Made by a program: the position numbers and the translations under genes. Of a stretch of DNA of 64,000 bases, positions 35,402 to 47,112 are shown in pieces. How positions within the stretch are numbered: the stretch's first letter is position 1; each line of letters begins with the position of its first letter. This DNA comes from Sphaerodactylus townsendi (Eukaryota): positions 70,246,001 through 70,310,000 of the forward strand of contig NC_059426.1 in the NCBI RefSeq assembly GCF_021028975.2. Reading direction: 5' to 3'. A model generated the notes under the pieces. It was not told the origin of the DNA, searched no databases, and saw only the letters and a list, made by a program, of their open reading frames with translations.

Positions 35402-37753
35402 CTATCTGACCTACCTGCTGGGAACAAAAGACATAAACAAAAGAACAAATAAATAAAACATTCGAAAAGATGTGTAACTTTTCTGTTTCATATCCATATA
35501 CTCCACTTAGGCATGTGAATATGTACAACACACTTAAAAGTCCAAACTGAAACTTGATGATAGTAGTACATAGATTAAGTATGGTTGGCAGTTGGACTTT
35601 GGATCCATTTTAAGTGATAAATAGAATTCAACTATGGAATTTCAAGGGGCTCTGAAAAGGATTTTTTAAAAGTAACAGTCCAGCAAACAATTTGCTAATT
35701 TTAAAAACTATATCCACTGCTTCATTTGTTTCACTGCCTGCCTATATGCCTGCTGTACTAAGCTTGTATCCTGCTGTGCATAAACCAGTATAAATTATGT
35801 CTATTTCATCAGTGATTTGAGACTGTGCCCTCAGACAAACACAAATATTATGGGAAGCAGATCTGACTTTTCATTAACTCTCATCCCTGCATACCAACAG
35901 AGATTCCATTTCAGTTCATTACAATGCCACAGACTAAAGGAAACCATTCTCAATGTATAACCCTTGTGTTCCTCCTAAGGGGAGTATCTGCTACATGACT
36001 GTGGAATCTCCTATCACAACAAATTCATCCATGCAGTAAAAATGTCACAAGAAGTAGAACTGGCATATTGCAGTGTTCAAACAAGATATTGTTTTTCAGC
36101 TTGAAATGTTCTGATGAAAACATATTATTTAAAAAATCATGACATTCTTCTGTCTAGGATGTTCTTGCTATGAATGTTTAAGGAAATGAACTGCAAAGGC
36201 TATATTCAGCCCTGTGTCTGTAAGATCTCATAATCATTTTCCTAGTATTATTACCTACTTGTTATATTGATCTTAAGCAATAAATATAGGTAAATGAAAT
36301 ACCATTGGTTTCTACTAGTTGGCTCTGCAGCACCAAAATCAGTGAATGTACCAGTCAAATGAAGCATCAGATACTTCTGAAGAATATAATACCAGTGAAG
36401 TATTCATAGTGTATTTATTCATGCTATTCTCTCTTCTGGGATCTTCAAAATGCTTTTCTGCTATTGGAAGGATTAAATCTGGTGAGGATAAACTTCTTTA
36501 AATAGTTGCATAACGTTGGCATACATTTAGACACAGTTTATCATTTACAAAAATGTACATCCAGGCAATCTTTAATAATGCCCCAAGAAACTATGAAACA
36601 TTCAAGCTGTAATTATTCATAAAGCATTGAGAAACCATAACTAAGCTAAAGCCCACTGGAACCTAAGACCATTTGTTTGATTGTTTGTTTCTGGAACTGC
36701 TGTAGAAGTTCGTTAAATGACTATGGATCAGTTTCTCTCAGCTTAACCTATCTCACAGGAAATAAAATGCCCTCCAAGCCCTAGTGGAAACAACGGGCTG
36801 CTCCAGGTGTCTAGAAACTGCCTTCAGAACCATCTCCACCCTCTTAAGACATTGCTGAAGCCAGGACACAGCATTCCCTCCACTCAGGATGGTTCTCCAA
36901 CTGCTTCCTCTTGATCACCACACATATAGAAGTGGCAGTGGGAGGATGTGCTGTGTCAGCCATGGGCCCTGTGCCTGGGGTCTGACAGCAGCTCCAAGTT
37001 TCCAAAGCCCTGGGGACTCCCACAGTTGCAGCAGTTGGGGTCAGGATATAGGGTTTTACAACCTCATCAGCTTCTTGGTTATCCCACTGCCCCACCCCAC
37101 ATCTACCTGAGGATGTGTAGTCTTTTCACTCTGACACTTTGTCAACATCCACCAGCCCAAAGAAGTCTGAACTGTCCAGTGGCTGGGGCATTACTGTCCT
37201 GGCTCCCAGAACCAGTCTTGATGGATCAGGGCATGAAGGTGCTCTACAACTCAGGCAGCAAACATCAAGGCTGATGAGCATGTGGAAGAGGGACAGAGAG
37301 TACTGTATCAGCCAATGGGACCTGGCCTTGCCTGTGGGTCCATATGCATACACCATGCCAACATCTACCTCACCTCCATCCATCCTTGTCACTACATACA
37401 CTATGTTGGGGGGCTCCATCACTGAACTCCATCCCTTCATGGCTCTCTACTGCAGAGATGGTGAAGCCTACTGGGGCTTGAGATAACATTCCCACAGAGC
37501 AGTCAGGGGACCAGTGATGGTTCCAGTGGCCACATCCAGATCCATGAACAGTGTCCCAGCAGAGTGACTGAAATGTGAGGGAGCAAGACAGGTGTGAGTG
37601 GGCAGCAAGAGGGCTGGATACACCATGGCTATGAAGCCACATAACAAGAACTCAGTACTGTAGCCCACTATAATGAACAGGATCATCACATGAATGACAG
37701 CCTTACCAACTGGCACAGCCATAATCCACTCATATGGAATGCCCTGGGACATT

Positions 37754-37891
37754 CCCCAGATTTCCTACCAGGGTAACTTCATAGACAAGTAGAAACAGGA
37801 TGAATAAAGGCAGCCTTAACTCAGATCGGTTTGTGATTCCTAGGAGAATGAACTCAGTGACCCTGCTATGATTGCAGAAAGATGTTTCCAT
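37754..37891 (-). pseudogene. Truncated OR pseudogene (N-terminus to the TM1 GN motif); paralog of 55082-56023
   Basis: METSFCNHS...LVGNLG, then unrelated sequence with a stop at 37730; upstream flank homologous to 56024-56730. Confidence 0.93.
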
Positions 37892-38836
37892 CAAATTGAT
37901 CTTCCTGTCAGGAACAAAGAGTAAAAATAAAAATACTGTCAATAAATAAAACATGCTGAGAAGGGTCTGACTTGACTGTGTCATGTTCAACACCCCATTA
38001 CTCAGATAATTCATCTGAGACACGAGAGTCCTCAACCAAAAACTTTATTTTCCAGTTTGAAATACCCCCTTGAAAAATTGCATTAAAAAATGCCAGTTCC
38101 CTATGAAAGCTTTGCAAATATCCAACATGTGAAGAACTAAATGTATGTTCAGCCATGTATCTATAATGATCAGTTCTCATCATCATTTCTCCAGAATTAA
38201 TATTTCATTTATTTGGCCTATAATGACAGATATAGCTTAAGGAATTATTCTTAAAAATATAAATTGTAATAACAAAAATGAACATAAAAATGATAAATAC
38301 ATGAAACATACATTGCAAAAGCCGGAACTGGGGGGATTTACCAATAGAATAAACAGAAAATCAGAAGAATCTTTTTCAGATTAGGCATCAACAGTATATT
38401 TATTTATGATTCCACCTCTTCTGGGATCTTTTCTCTCAATGTTCTCTTAATGTTCGCATACTCTTGTTGTGTATGCTGCTACAGAGATGTTAAATCCCAC
38501 AAGAATAGGCACCATTAAGTAGTCCCATGGTCATACAATTGTTTTTATCTTAAGCTCAAAGAGACACATAGGGAACCTCCAGGGGGCTTTTGGGTAGCAT
38601 GGAGTGGCAGCAAACTCCAGAAACTCCTCAGCTGCCTCAAAGCCCTCAAGTTTAGTACTTTACTAGCCCCATAATTCAGGTACTCACAACACTCCATAAT
38701 TGAAGGTAGTGGCAATCCTTGTGTTAATTCTCTCTTCTAATTATGCAACCAGTGTTCCTCAAATCTAGTATCCTCTCCAAGTTGCTCTGAAATTTTCTTT
38801 CTGGTTCAGCTGGTCTTGATAACTAATGTGACTGCC

Positions 38837-38838
<2 letters not shown>

Positions 38839-38880
<42 letters not shown>

Positions 38881-39430
38881 TCAATTTCTATACCGCCCGA
38901 TCCCCGAAGGGCTCTGGGCGGTGAACAACATATTATCAACATAAGACAGGAGCAGGTCCAGTATAACACAATACATAGGCTCCATCAATAAAACATCTTA
39001 ATATACATAAATACATAAAACAGCGGCTAATAATTAATGTTTAAACAGAAGGCGTCCAGGCCTCAATTTCAACCCACCCCAAGAGGGGGACGGCAGGCTC
39101 CTCAATATGAGGGCTCTGATGTATCAGTGCCAAGGCAAGGAACAATAGGAGCAGTAGGGGGCACCATATCAGCGGCTGGGCACTCCAAAGGCCCGGTGGA
39201 ACAACACAGTCTTACAGGCCCTGCGGGGAGATCCTCACCAAGGTCCGCGCAGGTTCCAGGACGAGTTGGAGGGGAAGGGGGTGTTCCCACCTCAGGCCGG
39301 GGCTGAAAGCGCTATAAAAGTCCTGGCAGCAGTGTGGGAGCTGGCCAGCTGCATCATTGAGGGGCAGGGGACCACCAGCAAATTGACCTCTGCTGAGCGC
39401 AGAGGCCGAGTAGGGACAGTAGCTTATGGG
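38839..39430 (-). mobile_element. 5'-truncated L2/CR1-clade LINE with (CAAT)n tail
   Basis: (ATTG)n at 38839-38878, then the shared terminus tataccgcccgatccccgaagggctc; GC-rich 3' body. Confidence 0.75.
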
Positions 39431-40164
39431 TACCTTGGCTTCTGAGGACAGAAACACCTTCCTTGTCAAGTCTGCAGTCTGAAAACAATGGAACTGGTGC
39501 AGCAAGACACTGGCTGTGAGCAGGCTGGTGGGGCCTTCCCTAGCCTAATCATTATCAACTACTGTACATTAAAAAACTGAGTGTTATATGTTGTTTATCA
39601 TGTAATAACTGAAATTTGGAAAAGAAAGACTAACACCCACATGGAGATTCATTACATAAGCTTATTTGATTACATAACCATATTTGAATGCAACTTCTCT
39701 TGCATTATATATGAGTAATATTTATGCAACCTAGGAGGAGATCGCCCAGTCACACAACACTGGGCTTGTTTTCACTTGAATTCATTATGATGGGCAGTCC
39801 CAGTGCTGACACTACAGGGCCACCTTAACTGATATTGCAGGTAATGCATTTCTCTAACAACATTTGCATGTATTCAAACAATTTGGGGATAAGCATTTCC
39901 CAACTAGATACTTGTCTTATGCATTATGACAAACTTGCCACCCTGAGCCCTGTAGGGAATTGGGACTAAAATGTGAAAATAAAAAAGTAATAAAAATAAA
40001 TTAATGACAAGCATCTTCAGCTTGTGACACATAGGCTATCTGGTAAATGTACACCGATATTTAATTCTACTAAATAATTGATAACACCAGTGTTGAACTG
40101 TTTTATATCTATTGAAATTATTCATAAATTGTTGCTATTAACTACGAGCCAGACCTGGAACGCC

Positions 40165-40355
40165 CCAGGCTACCCTGATCTCACCAGATCTTAGAAGCCA
40201 AACAGGGTTGACCCTGGTCAGTACGGATGACCTCCAAGTTATACCAGGATCCTGATGTGAAGGCAGGCAATGGCAAACCACCCCTGAATGTCTTTTGCCT
40301 TAAAATCCTATGGGGTCACAAGTCAGCTGTGATGTGATGGTACATGCACACACAA
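40165..40355 (+). mobile_element. 5S rRNA-headed SINE with RTE/BovB-like tail
   Basis: ccctgatctc..cagatct..gaagc.aa.cagggt..ccctggt.agtac (5S-like), then ggcaatggcaaaccac and a (CA)n end. Confidence 0.75.
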
Positions 40356-40592
40356 AAACCCTAAGAGAGTCAAGACCTAGGTTGCAGGTTTAAAAAGCAG
40401 GACAGTGGCAAGAGTAGTAGTACAATTTCATGAATAATATCTACATGGAAGTAAATTAATGAATGTAAATTCCTACTATTTTAACTAAAATAATATGTAT
40501 TTCGAACTGAAAAGTGAGTAGTATATTGATGGATGCATACTAATGTCCTTTCATATAGTTATTTAATCCAACTAAAAATTGTCAGGCACTAA

Positions 40593-41543
40593 TCAGTTTT
40601 TGACGCACAGCTTCCTCTGAGTAGCACTCCAGGCATCCTTCACCTCCTTGTTTCTGAGACTATAAATCAGTGGGTTCAACAATGGGGTTACAGTAGTGTA
40701 GAATACAGCAAGAATTTTGTCACTCACATCTTGGATGGAAGATCCATTGCTAGACTTGGGTCGGAAATGCAAGATGAGAATTGACCCATGGAAGATGGTG
40801 ACAGCAGTCAGGTGAGAGGTGCATGTAGAGAAGGCTTTGAGTCTTCCTGCGGCTGAGCTGATCTTCACAATGTTGGCCAAAATATATGCATATGAAATGA
40901 AGACACTCAAAGCAGTGATTGTTTCCACTGAGCCAGCAACACAAAAAATCAGTAGTTCATTGAGATAGGTATCAGAACAGGAGAGTAATAGAAGTGCACT
41001 GATATCACAATATAAATGACTGATTTTATTAGATCCACAGAAGGATAGTCTGAAGGTAAAGACTGTTTGAACAAGAGAATGCAAAAGCCCAAGTATATAT
41101 GATCCAATCACCAAAAGAATACAAATTCGAGGGGACATAATGCTTGGGTACAGCAGTGGTTTACAAATAGCTACATATCGATCATATGCCATAGCCCCAA
41201 GTAAAAAGCACTCAGTGCTTGCCAGACCTATTACAAAGTACATTTGAATAGCACATCCAGTCAGAGATATGGATTTCTCTACCAGAATGTTCACTAATGT
41301 CCTAGGGGTTACCACAGATGAGAAGCACACATCCAGGAAAGAAAGATTGCTGAGAAAGAAGTACATTGGTGTGTGAAGTTGGGGACTAGATCTTATTAAG
41401 GCAATAATTCCCAGATTTCCAAGCAAGGTTGCTGTATAAATAAGCAGGAGCAGAAAGAAGAGAATAATCTGGAATTTAGGGTTGCTTATTAAATCTACAA
41501 ATACAAATGTGTTGACCACTGTGGTAATGTTGTCTTCAGACAT
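40593..41543 (-). CDS. Olfactory receptor, class II, family 5/8-like (316 aa); paralog of 23408-24361
   Basis: ATG at 41543 (MSEDNITT); all canonical OR motifs present. Confidence 0.94.
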   Translation of the reverse strand: MSEDNITTVVNTFVFVDLISNPKFQIILFFLLLLIYTATLLGNLGIIALIRSSPQLHTPMYFFLSNLSFLDVCFSSVVTPRTLVNILVEKSISLTGCAIQMYFVIGLASTECFLLGAMAYDRYVAICKPLLYPSIMSPRICILLVIGSYILGLLHSLVQTVFTFRLSFCGSNKISHLYCDISALLLLSCSDTYLNELLIFCVAGSVETITALSVFISYAYILANIVKISSAAGRLKAFSTCTSHLTAVTIFHGSILILHFRPKSSNGSSIQDVSDKILAVFYTTVTPLLNPLIYSLRNKEVKDAWSATQRKLCVKN

Positions 41544-41920
41544 TGTATTCCTGTTTCTCTTCAGAGCTGCAAAACAGAAGAACATGGCATAGGTAGACAT
41601 ACAGTTTCTTCGTACTACATATGTCTAAGCTATGAAATGTATAGCCACTGGCTTGGGAAAGTTCAAAAGACAAATCCATTAATATGTCTATCAAATGCTA
41701 GTTTGTGAAAGAGAAACCCTCCCTTCCAGATATAGTATAATATTAGCTACCAAAAGCTGATGGTAAGCATCTGGCAGTGGCCGGGTGCACTATCATGCAT
41801 TCTTTGTAGAGCTCCTCAGGGACATGAGTTTGATCAATATGAGTGATTAGACAAGGGTATTTGCTAGCTTGCTGAAACCCAGTAAGGAGGATGCACCTCA
41901 CAAACAAAGTGTGCACACCA

Positions 41921-41975
41921 CAAAATTCTGCAAAAACACATAATTCTGCAAAAACACAAAATTCTGCAAAAACAC
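41921..41975. repeat. 18-bp tandem repeat, three copies
   Basis: ca(a/t)aattctgcaaaaaca x3; single copy at the paralogous site 24705. Confidence 0.85.
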
Positions 41976-42228
41976 TGCCCCTAGGGCAGTTACATCAGGG
42001 TCCCCTCATATTGAGGGGTCCTGCCATCCCCCCCCCATGGGGGTAGGTTTTAAATTGGGGTCGGACGCCTTTTATTATGTATTATGGTTTTTTGCTGTTT
42101 TATGAGTTTTAAGCTATTTTATGGGATGGAGCCTATGTGTTTATATTTGTACGACCGCTCCTGTTGATGTTGTAGTGAATGTTGTTCACCGCCCGGAGCC
42201 CTTCGGGGATCGGGCGGTATACAAATTA

Positions 42229-42279
<51 letters not shown>
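41976..42279 (+). mobile_element. 5'-truncated LINE 3' end with (AAT)n tail
   Basis: gcccggagcccttcggggatcgggcggtatacaaattaaa(taa)n; absent from the paralogous site at ~24720. Confidence 0.8.
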
Positions 42280-43458
42280 CTTTTTTTATGAACTGGTCAT
42301 AATTTACAAGGGGAATCGGAGAACAATTGAAGTAAGGTTTGAATTGCAAGTCACTTTTAATAGGGAGTGACTCGGAACATAAGAAAAAGCCTGCTGGATT
42401 AGATTAGTCATCCATCTAGTCCAACATACAGATTCACACAGTGGCCAACCAGTTATTCCTGAGTGCAACAGCAGGGCATTGAGGCAAAAGAGTTACTGTG
42501 ATGCTACCTCCTAGTATTGACTGCCTATGATCTTCTCTGCTCCAAACAGTCTTCCTACAGCTATTACACTCCCAGTTAATTCAGAAAGTTGGAAGCACCA
42601 AAGGCCTTTTGAGAGCCCAGAGTGATGTTTTGTTTCAGGCACAGAAAGTAAACCCTGATTTATGCAGTGGCCATCATTCTTTAAAAAGAAAAGATCCATA
42701 TTTGGGGATTTTGGAGAAAAAATGTTGATAATATAAATTAGAATTTTTTCCAAGCAAATTTAAATGAAAATAATTTACCTAAAGTTCTTGTCAGACATCT
42801 ATTTCTTCTCTAGCACACATAATTTATTACTTAAACTAGTGTCTGACAACTTGATTATCTAGCCCTTTCCACCCAACCAAAATAAAATGTTTTGAGGCAG
42901 GAAATAAAACATTTTCTCTGAAGAGTTCGGAATACTTATTAGCTCAAAATGTTTTATTTCCAGCCTCAAAATGTTTTATATGCATCTTCTATTTTAGTGA
43001 TTCTTTTTATAAAAATGTTTCCAAAAAGTCCATGGACTTCCACCACAATACCATTTTCTGAGCTCACTCTGCTGTCTCATCTGTTTACCTCTGCCATTAA
43101 AAAAAAGGGGGGGGTGATATCTTTGAAGCGTTGAAGACAACCCATGAAGAATTGCAGTGTAAGGCTTTGAGGCATCGAAGCTACGAATCCATGGAGACAT
43201 TAAAATAAAACAGGAGAATCATAGAATTGTGGCCAGGAAGCATTTTTGAGGGGCTGAGTGCAGACAAATGGGGAGGATTGAAAATGTTTTGCAGACATTT
43301 TCAGTGACTTGTGCAGAAATGGTCACTTACTGGTGCCATTGCCTTCACCCAGGCTAGGCATCTCTATAACCAGGGAGTCTATAAGGGCATCTCCACGAAA
43401 CAAACTGGAATAAAGCCAAGATGTTCAGGGCACAGAGAGAGCCATAGTTAAGATCAAC

Positions 43459-43545
43459 CAGAGGCGTATTTACCTAGGGACATGGGGTACCCAATGTCCC
43501 TGGGCGCCACCATTCCAGTCACGTGGGGGCACCAAAACATCCCCC
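43459..43545. mobile_element. Isolated end of the CAG-type hAT-like family
   Basis: cagaggcgta..cctagggaca.ggggtaccc..gtcacgtgggggcacc matches 59934-60015. Confidence 0.7.
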
Positions 43546-44429
43546 CACGGACTGAATCATTAGCCCAGCAAGCCTCAACTAACATGCGGAACTCAGCTGC
43601 CTCATGCTGCCAGTGCCTGGTCATCTCATCCCTGCCCACTCTGGATCAACTGTGAATTAACCAACTTTAAACCAATCTCAGATCCTGCTTTGACAGACCG
43701 TAACTAGCCATAATTATTAAAGTGGCCCATATTCAGATAACAACAATCATTATAGCATAGTTAAGCCAAGGTTTTACATTATGGCTGAACTTCAGAATTA
43801 AAAAACAGAGATTTCAAGAAGCCATTCCCCTGTCGTAATATTTTGTTCTCAGATCTACGTAACCCTTTTGTTCTTTTAACCCATGGATCTGTTTATTATT
43901 GCTGATCAGATATTGGGGTTTTTTTTTGTAGTATGTATGTTTTATGTGTCAAACAGATATTGTTTTTTGTTGTACGTATGTTTTTCAGGTCAATTGATCG
44001 CAACAATAAATAAATGAAAATTATGGCTGAACTTAGCCTATATGATCAAACCTCATGAATAAAATTAAGATACGTTACTATCTATGTTCATAATATTTAA
44101 TTAAAAATGCTATAAACTGACAAAAATGCAATCATTTTAGGCTTACCTTGTATAATAATTTTCTGCTTCAGCATAAGCAGCTGCCTTAATTAGATATGAG
44201 TGTGTGTTAGTGTGAGTGAGAGTGAGAAAGAGAGAGCATGCTCCAAGTCCACCTAATTATGGCTTCAGATTTAATAGGAAAGAGCCTACTTGGTAGATGT
44301 ACAATGGAGGAGATTTTGTGTAATGTGTAACAAATGTCAGAAAATCTAACTTGTAACAGCATCCTTAGACAGTAATTTTCCCCTCAATTACTGAAAAACA
44401 GTGTTTTGGGTTCCTTTAAGACAGCCATA

Positions 44430-44585
44430 GGGAACTTCATGGTGCAGAGTGATAAGCTGCAGTACTGCAGTTAAAGCCCTACTCACGACCTGAGTTCAGT
44501 CCCAGTGGAAGTCAGTTTCAGGTAGCCAGGTTGACTCAGCCTTCCATCCTTCTGAGGTCAGTAAAATGAGTACCCAGCTTGCTTA
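44430..44585 (+). mobile_element. Sauria-type SINE 5' fragment
   Basis: tggtgcagagtg.taagctgcagtactgcag...ggttgactcagccttccatcctt.tgaggtc.gtaaaatgagtacc. Confidence 0.7.
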
Positions 44586-45269
44586 ATGTTTCAGACCATT
44601 TGTACTCATTTTCCCCTTGGCAATAAGTGTAATCATCATTCTGATCTGAAAATGTCATTCTACCTTACTCTTCTCTCTGAAGCTGTGTTGCCTATGATAC
44701 CTGATGTTGAATAAGCAGTCTATAAGTTCCAAATGCTTTTCTTCATGCTATCCTATCCTGTCTATATTCCTCTAAAAACTAAAATGATTCACAAGCTGCT
44801 GGTCTGGTATCTGTCACAGCTATGAACAGTTCCCAGTAGCGAGGGAAAGGGTACTAACCGTTTTGAGGCAGTAATCCATATGTAAATAAATGCCACTGAT
44901 ATAGCTGAATTCCAGATAGGGGACTATGGTGGCTTATTTTGCTTTTAACTACAAAGATAATTTTGCCACCTCAAGAACTAACATTTAGTAGGTTTGCTTG
45001 AACTAGATGCTTAAAATGGTATTCTAAATTGGCAGGTATATATAGTCGGAGCAGAGTTTGTACAAACTGCAGCTCTCAAAACTCTGTGTCTCTAGAGGAA
45101 TCCTCAAAATCCAGCATAAACACTTGTGGAAGAAATGAAGATGTGTCTTAAAGTCCCAAAAGTATTAATGTGCAGCATCTGTTCTTTGTTTTTAATTAGA
45201 AAAACATGTATTCCATAGGAGAGAGCAAAGTGAAGAAGGGATAGGAAAAAGGCAATCTGCCCTCTGGAA

Positions 45270-45420
45270 TAATATATTTTATTATTTTATTTATTTCTTT
45301 ACTTGCATTATTCATACTCCTCCCCACTGTGAACCCAAAGTATCTTACATCACTCTCCTCCATTTTATCCCCACAACAGCCCTGTGAGGTAGGTTAAGCT
45401 GTGTGACTGGCCCAAGCAAG
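45270..45420 (-). mobile_element. Squam3-like SINE 3' fragment
   Basis: ccacaacagccctgtgaggtaggttaagct..gactggcccaag. Confidence 0.6.
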
Positions 45421-46449
45421 CAGCCATGCCACAAGTAGATGCCAAGCCTGCCAATGTAGGGATGGATATGCAGTAACAGCCTGGTCAGTGGCACTTAAAT
45501 GCTGATGCCAATAGCAGCAAGGAATGAGAAAATGGGAGGAGATTCTCTTCCTGTGCAGTCTAGGGGAAAAGGATCTTCAGAAGTCCTAGTTGGGAGACCA
45601 TGAGTTATTCAGTCATATTCCTACAGAATAATTCATTGCTCGAGGACACCTATAAGGATCCCTTCCTCACCAACAATTTCCAATGGCATGAGTGGCATGG
45701 GTACAAGACCATGGGTATAAGACTTTTAAAGAAGACACCTGTTCTGGATGGGGCTGCATTCCTCTTGGATAAACAGCTTCATAATTTGGATGTGCTCTTG
45801 GATCCAGTCCAACTGCTGGATAAGCAAGTGACAATTGTGCCCAGGAGTGCCTTTCCTTCTCAGAAAACATCTGACCACTGTAACGCTTACCCTGGTTACA
45901 TCAACACTAGATTACATATGGCTCCCTCCAGTAAAGAACTACAGCAGAGTCTTACTCTCTGTTAGAGTGCCTAGATGTTCAGCCTTGAGTCAACCTGAAT
46001 GGGGCCTCTACGCTGTTGCTTTTTTCCCCTGTCTGCTTAGATAAAAGAGGCATCTCTGGCCTTCTCGGCCAGATGGCTTCCTATCTCCCACCTAGCCTTG
46101 TGGAAGACTGTAGCTTTCACACACTTTTCCCGCCTTCATGTTATGTGGGAAGGGGCAGGATGGAGGATGGTATCATTGGTATTATTATGTGAGGAGTTGG
46201 GGATTGGGGAAGAACTGGCTTTTGCAAAGCTGGGGTTCAGATGTCCATTACAATAAACACTACTGATTGATGAAATCCAGAGTGGTCATCGTGTGGAACC
46301 CTAGACCTGGCATTAAGCCAGTTCTTCACAACGACCCGCATCCAACTCTGTACGTGTGTATATGGATGGAGCACTGGGCGGGTTCAGTGGTTTGGGGGTC
46401 CAGATCAACTAAAATTTGCAATCTCAGATCAAGGAGGATCAAGATTGGT

Positions 46450-46670
46450 AGCCATTGATCGACTTCTCCTCCATAAATCTGTCCAAGCCCCTTTTAAAGC
46501 TATCCAGGTTAGTGCCCATCACCACCTCCTGTGGCAGCATATTCCAAACACCAATCACGCATTGCATGAAGAAATGTTTCCTTTTATTAGTTCAAACTCT
46601 TACCCCCAGCATTTTCAATGTATGCCCCCTGGTTCTAGTATTGTGAGAAAGAGAGAAACATTTCTTGTTC
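46450..46670 (-). mobile_element. CR1 LINE 3' fragment
   Basis: Minus strand encodes FSLSHNTRTRGH..K; typical CR1 end. Confidence 0.75.
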
Positions 46671-47104
46671 TCTTCAGCCCAGTCATTTAATGTATCAAGG
46701 AGGAAGCATGTGTAAAGTTTATAGGACTTGTTTAATAGATTTATAGGTTTATAGTTTGTTGGGCTAGATTTCTCTTCTTTCTTGAAGATGGGAACGGTTA
46801 TACTCTGGTTCCAGTTTTCTGGGATCTTACATTGAGCATTTATATTTAAAAAAACTTTTGCAAGAATTGGAGCCAACCAAGATATGTTGGATTTAAAGAC
46901 CTCTGGAGGAATTACATCCACTCTGGGTACCTTACTATTGGAAAGGGACTGTATTATTTTTACACATTCCTCTGAAGTTACATGCTCCCATAAAAGGAAA
47001 GAATCTATTTCCTTGGGGATATTATTTAATGGGCATTTTTTTCTTATTTGGATCTGAACAGTTCATTAATAAACTGTTTATTTGTATCCATTCCCAAATA
47101 ACTC
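46670..47104 (-). mobile_element. Degenerate non-LTR RT N-terminal fragment
   Basis: IPENWNQSITVPIFKK...NYKPINLL..SYKLY. Confidence 0.7.
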
Positions 47105-47112
47105 CTCCTCAT

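Noticed and set aside
36760-37750. GC-richer block adjoining the truncated OR (similar blocks at 15140-15940 and 57050-57400) as coding exons
   Set aside because: Short overlapping ORFs on both strands without recognisable motifs; probably decayed repeats that I cannot classify.
40165-40255. 5S rRNA gene
   Set aside because: Degenerate, incomplete and fused to an RTE-like tail, so it is a SINE.
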